Below, piece by piece: positions 59,098 to 64,000 of a stretch of DNA of 64,000 nucleotides. The stretch lies in the NCBI GenBank assembly GCA_963674695.2, contig CAXXGI010000002.1, positions 448,001-512,000 of the forward strand. Reading direction: 5' to 3'. Both the position numbers and the translations under genes were made by a program. Under the pieces are notes generated by a model, which was not told the origin of the DNA, did no database searches, and saw only the letters and a program-made list of their open reading frames with translations. The DNA comes from a bacterium. Its GTDB lineage: Bacteria; UBA10199; 2-02-FULL-44-16; JAAZCA01. Position 1 is the stretch's first letter, and each line of letters starts with the position of its first letter.

Positions 59098-60104
59098 CGG
59101 GTCTTTGCCCCCCGTTTCAAGAGGATCAGAAACAGCGGCGCGCCGACCATCGCGGTGATGACCCCGACGGGCAGCTGGGTTGCATAGTCGGTATGCATCA
59201 GAAGCGTGCGCGCGCCGGTATCCGCCCAGATGAGAAAGATCGCTCCTCCCAGCCCCGAGGCGGGGATGACCAGTCGGTTGTCCGCGCCGAAGGCGAGCCG
59301 CACCATGTGGGGCACAGCCAGGCCCACAAAACCGATAAGCCCGGATGCGGCGACCGCCGCCCCGACCATGAGGGAGCTGGCGATGAAGAGCATGAATTTG
59401 AGTCGTTCGATATTGACTCCGAGCGTGCGGGCTTGGGCTTCCCCGAGGATAAGCAGATTCATGCGACCGGCGAGCAGGCAGAGCACGATGTAGCCGGCGA
59501 GCACGCATGCAGCGATGATTCCCACGAGCTTTAAACTCATCGCTTCGAGGTTTCCGATGAGCAAAAAGAGAATTTGATAAGCCTCCTCCATCGTGACGAT
59601 GGAATTGATAAAGAGGATGAGCGCGAAGCAGAAGGCATTGAAGATGACTCCGGTGAGCAGGAGCGTCGTCGCGGGAAGGCGTCCGCTCGTGCGGGCAAAC
59701 CAGAAGATGGCCAACATGGACGCGGCGGCGCTGACAAATGCCGCGAGCGGGACGGCGGCGAAGGGGAGGGAAAAAGACATGGCGATGATCGCGCCGAGGG
59801 CCGCGCCGCCGGAAACCCCAAGGATGAAGGGATCCGCGAGCGGATTGCGCAGGAGTGCTTGATAGGTCCCGCCGGCGGAGGCCAGCGCCATTCCCACGCA
59901 GGCGGCAAGCAGGACGCGCGGCAAGCGCGAGGCATAGAGGATCGCATGGGCGCGCATATCGTCGGAGAAGAGTTGCGCCAGCCCAACCGATTCGGAGCCG
60001 ATATCGAGCGCACCGAGAATCGAAAGAATGAGTAGAGCGGTGAGCGCCCCCATGATGAGGAGGAAGCGCTTGCGCGTGAGATGTGTGCTCTGCAGAAGCG
60101 ACAT
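59094..60104 (-). CDS. FecCD/BtuC-family ABC permease
   Basis: RLPR, RNPLADP.ILG.SGGA, GLIGFVGL.VPH and PVGVITA..GAP.F. Confidence 0.92.
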   Translation of the reverse strand: MSLLQSTHLTRKRFLLIMGALTALLILSILGALDIGSESVGLAQLFSDDMRAHAILYASRLPRVLLAACVGMALASAGGTYQALLRNPLADPFILGVSGGAALGAIIAMSFSLPFAAVPLAAFVSAAASMLAIFWFARTSGRLPATTLLLTGVIFNAFCFALILFINSIVTMEEAYQILFLLIGNLEAMSLKLVGIIAACVLAGYIVLCLLAGRMNLLILGEAQARTLGVNIERLKFMLFIASSLMVGAAVAASGLIGFVGLAVPHMVRLAFGADNRLVIPASGLGGAIFLIWADTGARTLLMHTDYATQLPVGVITAMVGAPLFLILLKRGAKTR

Positions 60105-60158
60105 GATTATATCATTCTCATGCGCAAACGTGAGAATTCCTCTTTAGAACTCATATAT

Positions 60159-60239
60159 TCCCTCCCCTTTGTAAGGGGAGGGTTAGGGTGGGGTAGGTCG
60201 ATCTACCTCCCCTATCCCCTCCTTACAAAGGAGGGGGAC
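60159..60239. repeat. full CCCCTCCTTTGTAAG palindromic element
   Basis: ccctcccctttgtaaggggaggg...cccctccttacaaaggaggggg; it supplies the stop codon of the upstream binding-protein gene. Confidence 0.8.
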
Positions 60240-61086
60240 TGTTCAGTCGGGTTCGTTTTTTCCCATGAATCAGCTGTGCCATCCGTGCAAGTCCCTTCGG
60301 GAGGTTCGGCCCTGGGCGCAGCAGCGTTGCGTTCATCGCGTGGAGGTGACCCTCGCGTACCGCTCGAAGCGCTTCAAGATGTGTCCAGGGTCGCGCGTTC
60401 GCATCCGATTTCACTTCGCTTCCCATCGAGAGGTCGATGATCGCATCCGGATCCATGGCGATGAGCTCCTCGAGCCCGATGCGCGGATAGGCGGTTGATC
60501 CGTGCTCAATCGCATTGATGGCCCCGATGGTTGTGAGCTGTTCGTCAATATAGGTTCCGCGTCCCCCGACGATGATGGGTCGCGTTCCCCATATGAGGAG
60601 AACGCGCACCGGATCTTTCTTCTTCCATGTGCGGGACAATTCGGCAAGCTGCTCGCGTGTCTGTTGCTCCAGGTGTTTTCCCGCCTCTGAAATGCCGAGC
60701 GCGTCGGCGATCTCATGGATCGAGGTGAGGATATCCTCCATCGTTCGGAAGGAGAAGAGACGCACCGGAATGTTGAGGCTCTTGAGCATATCGATCGAGC
60801 GACGGCTGGCATTCTCCTTCGAGGCGAGCACCATGTCCGGTGCGAGCGCGATGATGCGTTCGGAGTGCGCTCGCGCATAGTCGCCGATGATCGTGGGCCG
60901 CTGCGTTCCCTGTGGGAGATCGCAGTAGCGCGTGACACCGACGAGTTTCTTCGTAGCGCCGAGCGCGACGACGATATCGGTGATGTTGGGTTTGAGCGAG
61001 ATCACGCGTGTGGGTTCCGCCGCCGTGCTCACCACATGAGCGGCGAGTACGGCAGCGAAGACCACGATGGAAAAAGGTCGACGCAT
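60223..61086 (-). CDS. BtuF-like periplasmic binding protein
   Basis: RVISLKP..T.I..ALG....LVGVT.YCD.P, E.IIAL.PD and LLRPGP. Confidence 0.88.
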   Translation of the reverse strand: MRRPFSIVVFAAVLAAHVVSTAAEPTRVISLKPNITDIVVALGATKKLVGVTRYCDLPQGTQRPTIIGDYARAHSERIIALAPDMVLASKENASRRSIDMLKSLNIPVRLFSFRTMEDILTSIHEIADALGISEAGKHLEQQTREQLAELSRTWKKKDPVRVLLIWGTRPIIVGGRGTYIDEQLTTIGAINAIEHGSTAYPRIGLEELIAMDPDAIIDLSMGSEVKSDANARPWTHLEALRAVREGHLHAMNATLLRPGPNLPKGLARMAQLIHGKKRTRLNSPPPL

Positions 61087-62400
61087 TTAGTGCAGCTCCG
61101 TCATGTCGATGGAAACGATCGACGCGCTCATGGCGTCGTTTGCGGTGACGGCGATATACAGGGTGTCGCCTGCCATGATCGCGGGCCCCGCGGCGCCGGT
61201 GAGCTCCGTGATGGGCACACCTTCCCATCCGTTGGCGCGCGTGTCCAGGAAGAGGACGCGCCCGCCTTCGCCGAAGACGCCGAAGTCGGCGACGGCTGCG
61301 ACGGCGCCGTCGGTCTGTACGGAAGAGATGAAGTTTTCCACCTGCGGCAGTTCGTGATCGGCTGCGATTCCCTCGCTGTCGACGATCATCAGGGCGTTGT
61401 CGGGGCGCTGCCGTGCGAAACAGAGAGCGCCGTTGTCCAGAAGCGCCATTGTCGGGGCGACCTGTCCGGTGATGTTTCCCAAATCGATGATTTGGCGCGA
61501 CAGGTTCGGCAAGGTGAACAGTTCCAGCGCCGCGGAATTGCCGGAATCCAGGTCATAGGTATTTGCTTCCAGCACCGCCAAGCTCCCGTTCGCGAGGAGT
61601 GCCATCGACGTCGGATTCTTGGCCTCGGTCTCGAAGGCCGTACAGGCTTGGCCGTCGACGATGCCGTCTCCCTCGTACGGACAGGCCAGGACCGTTCCAC
61701 TGAAATAGGTGGTCAGGGCCGGGTCGGTGTAGTCGGCGGTATCGATGTTGGAGGTGGCGATGAAGATCTGTTCGCCGGCAAGGATTGCGCCGTTTGGATT
61801 GTTCGGTGCAAACCCGAGAGTGCTCACGATTGGCAGCGATGCAAAATTGATGGCGGTTGTAGCGGCGCCGCTTTCCGCATCGACGACCGTGATCCCGTCT
61901 GGGCTGGCATGAGCGATCAGGTGGTAGCGATCGGAAAGGCGGATATGGTTGGAGGGATAGCCATCTGCATATCCCACCTCACTCCAGTTCGGTGCGCCGT
62001 CGGTCAGCGGGGTGGAACGAAACAGCGCGCTGGGGGCACCGCTGCAGGTGGCCATGAGTCGATCTCCAGCGGCATCATAGGAGAGGCTGGCGGGGAAGGC
62101 GCAGGGAGCTTGCCCGACAAAGGTAGCGGTGGGACTCATCGGAGTCTCAGGCCGAAGCGCCTGTTCGTCCTCGCGTTCGGTTGCGTCGAAATCATCTTCG
62201 GCATCGGCGATTTCTTCATCCTCATCCAGATCGCCGCCGGTCACCTCATCGTCAGGGTCGCCGTCGACCGGTGGGTCGGCATCGAAGGGGGAGTCCGTGC
62301 GATGGTCGAGGTCACCGTCGGCGGGTTTGTTCTCCGACGAAGAACAGCCCCATGCCGTGATGGCCAACGTGATGAGTGTGATTGCGATTCCCAGTCCCAT
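61087..62400 (-). CDS. beta-propeller lipoprotein (BtuG/YncE-like)
   Basis: Start ATG 62400 with aggag RBS, lipobox TAWG-C, acidic linker and repeated blades (IFIATSN, KNPT). Confidence 0.7.
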   Translation of the reverse strand: MGLGIAITLITLAITAWGCSSSENKPADGDLDHRTDSPFDADPPVDGDPDDEVTGGDLDEDEEIADAEDDFDATEREDEQALRPETPMSPTATFVGQAPCAFPASLSYDAAGDRLMATCSGAPSALFRSTPLTDGAPNWSEVGYADGYPSNHIRLSDRYHLIAHASPDGITVVDAESGAATTAINFASLPIVSTLGFAPNNPNGAILAGEQIFIATSNIDTADYTDPALTTYFSGTVLACPYEGDGIVDGQACTAFETEAKNPTSMALLANGSLAVLEANTYDLDSGNSAALELFTLPNLSRQIIDLGNITGQVAPTMALLDNGALCFARQRPDNALMIVDSEGIAADHELPQVENFISSVQTDGAVAAVADFGVFGEGGRVLFLDTRANGWEGVPITELTGAAGPAIMAGDTLYIAVTANDAMSASIVSIDMTELH

Positions 62401-62444
62401 GATGTTCTCCTGTTTCTTTGTGAAAAAACGATTTTGCCAATCTT

Positions 62445-62515
62445 TGTCATTCCCGCGGAGGCGGGAATCTCGATTTTTCAAGTACTTCGAGATTCCCGCC
62501 TCCGCGGGAATGACA
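62445..62515. repeat. full palindromic dRS3/REP-like element
   Basis: tgtcattcccgcggaggcgggaatctcga...tcgagattcccgcctccgcgggaatga-ca; contains ATTCCC-N8-GGGAAT twice. Confidence 0.85.
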
Positions 62516-62520
62516 ACAAA

Positions 62521-64000
62521 TCACTCGTTCTCAATCGTTCCATTGACGACGGCGATGGCATCCAGATCATAGCCGAACGAGTTTCCTCCCAGCCCTGATC
62601 CATCCCGATCGCGGATGCGGATGTAGCGTGCACGGTCGATGCCGATGTCAGCCAGATCGAAGGCTTCACCGCCGGCGGTATCCACATCGAAGGGGCTGAT
62701 GCCATTGTCCGGATGCGAGAAGACGCGTTCATAACCCGAGCATCCTTCGAAGGTCGCCGGGTCGCAGTCGAACTCGGTGAAGTTCACCCCGTCGTCACTC
62801 ACGCCGACGACGCCGAGTTCTTCCCATCCGCTGAAGGCATTTTCAAAGACGATGAAGTCCTCTCCAGCATCATCGACGGCGACACAGGTGCCCAGATCGA
62901 GAACGATCTCGCCGTGCACGCCCAGCGAGAGGACGTGATAGCCGCCGCCGCTGGTCGCCCCGCGTGGCGGGCCCAGGACGATGTCGGGAAAGTCCGCCTG
63001 ACCGAACCCGGCGCCATCGCCGTAGGTGACGGAATGCACCGCCTGCGCAAATCCCTGACAGGGTTCGTCGTCCGTTCCCGTCGGCGGATCCGGCGGCGGA
63101 TCGTTGTCCGATTCGCTTTCCTCCGGCGGCGTGAGCACGATGTCGTTGGGCGATTCGGAGTCGATCGCCACGAGTGTTCCCGGATAGCCGGTGAGCGTGA
63201 AGAGATCGGCGCCGGTGTAATCCTCGCCGCGCAGGCCCGGCCGTACCGCCAGTGCTCCCGCGCCGGTGTTCGCGCCCGTCGGGTTCTCAGCCGATACGCC
63301 GGACGCATACCCGATCACGAACGGATCGCCGCGCGTGGGATTGATCTCGGACAGATCGAACGGAAAGATCGCGCTCTGCTCGAAACTCGAAGCGAAGAGA
63401 TACCGGTTGTCAGTCGAGAGCGTGACGTCCGTGATGTAATCGGTGCCATCGGAGACGACGATCGGGTTGGAGAGGCCGCGCACGACGCGTTCACTTGAGA
63501 AGTCGATCTGATAGACATGTCCATAGGCGGCCGATCCGACATAGCCCATCGTGCCGTCATAGGTCAGCGTCACACCGTGGAAGGCAGCTCCCGCACGACC
63601 CAATGAGAAGGAGCGTGTGATCTCCTCCGCATCCGCGTCGACGATGTCGATGCTCGAATCGCTGCGCGGGAGTCCTGCGGCATCGACGATATCGATGACG
63701 CCGGAGTTGACCACGATGAGCTCCTCGCCAACTCGCACGGTGATTCCGGTCGGGTTGAAGGCGCTGGTGAAGAGAAAGCCGGTGCGCGTGAGGGAAAAAT
63801 CTGCGCCGATATCGAAGATCTGAATGGTGCCCGGTGCACAGACGGACGGTGCTGCGGTGCGGATATAGTTGGCACTCGAGACGAAGAGCTTATCGCCGAT
63901 GCGCGCAATGCCGCCGGGATAAGCGGGGGTGATCGTGTCGTCCGCCTGCGTGCCGTTTGAATTCAGCTGCCCTGGATCGATGGCGATCGGTTCCACCGCG
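62521..64000 (-). CDS. beta-propeller surface protein with C-terminal BtuH-like domain (5' partial)
   Basis: Blades LFVSSAN and FNPT; C-domain LSLG..GEIVL...DFIVFENAF...GGEAFDL...YIRIRD...DLDAI. The frame is open past the window end. Confidence 0.7.
   Translation of the reverse strand, partial: AVEPIAIDPGQLNSNGTQADDTITPAYPGGIARIGDKLFVSSANYIRTAAPSVCAPGTIQIFDIGADFSLTRTGFLFTSAFNPTGITVRVGEELIVVNSGVIDIVDAAGLPRSDSSIDIVDADAEEITRSFSLGRAGAAFHGVTLTYDGTMGYVGSAAYGHVYQIDFSSERVVRGLSNPIVVSDGTDYITDVTLSTDNRYLFASSFEQSAIFPFDLSEINPTRGDPFVIGYASGVSAENPTGANTGAGALAVRPGLRGEDYTGADLFTLTGYPGTLVAIDSESPNDIVLTPPEESESDNDPPPDPPTGTDDEPCQGFAQAVHSVTYGDGAGFGQADFPDIVLGPPRGATSGGGYHVLSLGVHGEIVLDLGTCVAVDDAGEDFIVFENAFSGWEELGVVGVSDDGVNFTEFDCDPATFEGCSGYERVFSHPDNGISPFDVDTAGGEAFDLADIGIDRARYIRIRDRDGSGLGGNSFGYDLDAIAVVNGTIENE

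Noticed and set aside
62401-62481. N-terminal extension MKNRDSRLRGNDK of the 61087 ORF
   Set aside because: It is a translation of the palindromic repeat; the RBS and lipoprotein signal support ATG 62400.

Overview
This is a GC-rich bacterial chromosome segment. Its gene content (kinase-fused sigma54 activator, TIGR02147 protein, Cys/Asp-rich lipoproteins, PolX-PHP) suggests a deltaproteobacterial-type lineage; that placement is inference. Housekeeping genes (rlmH, elbB, priA, def, fmt, rpe, dinB, queG, gdhA, cutA, mrcB, polX, nth, asnS, galU, tRNA-Ser, and a putative B12 ABC transporter with surface lipoproteins) are interleaved with many orphan lipoproteins and repeat proteins. No CRISPR array, integrase, transposase or reverse transcriptase was seen. 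The most striking hidden structure is regulatory, with three promoter classes readable from the DNA. (1) A recurrent sigma28-like motif GCAAC-N15-17-CCGATAA occurs 7 times, only in front of orphan or accessory units; these include a candidate ~80-nt sRNA, a 48-aa-repeat protein and two signal-less HEXXH proteins. (2) Sigma54 -24/-12 boxes sit in front of surface lipoprotein and outer-membrane genes, next to a kinase-STAND-TPR-GAF-bEBP. (3) Sigma70-like promoters sit 6-8 nt from the ATG of housekeeping genes, implying leaderless mRNAs. Three families of small intergenic repeats are also present. All calls come from visual motif reading; no database searches were run.
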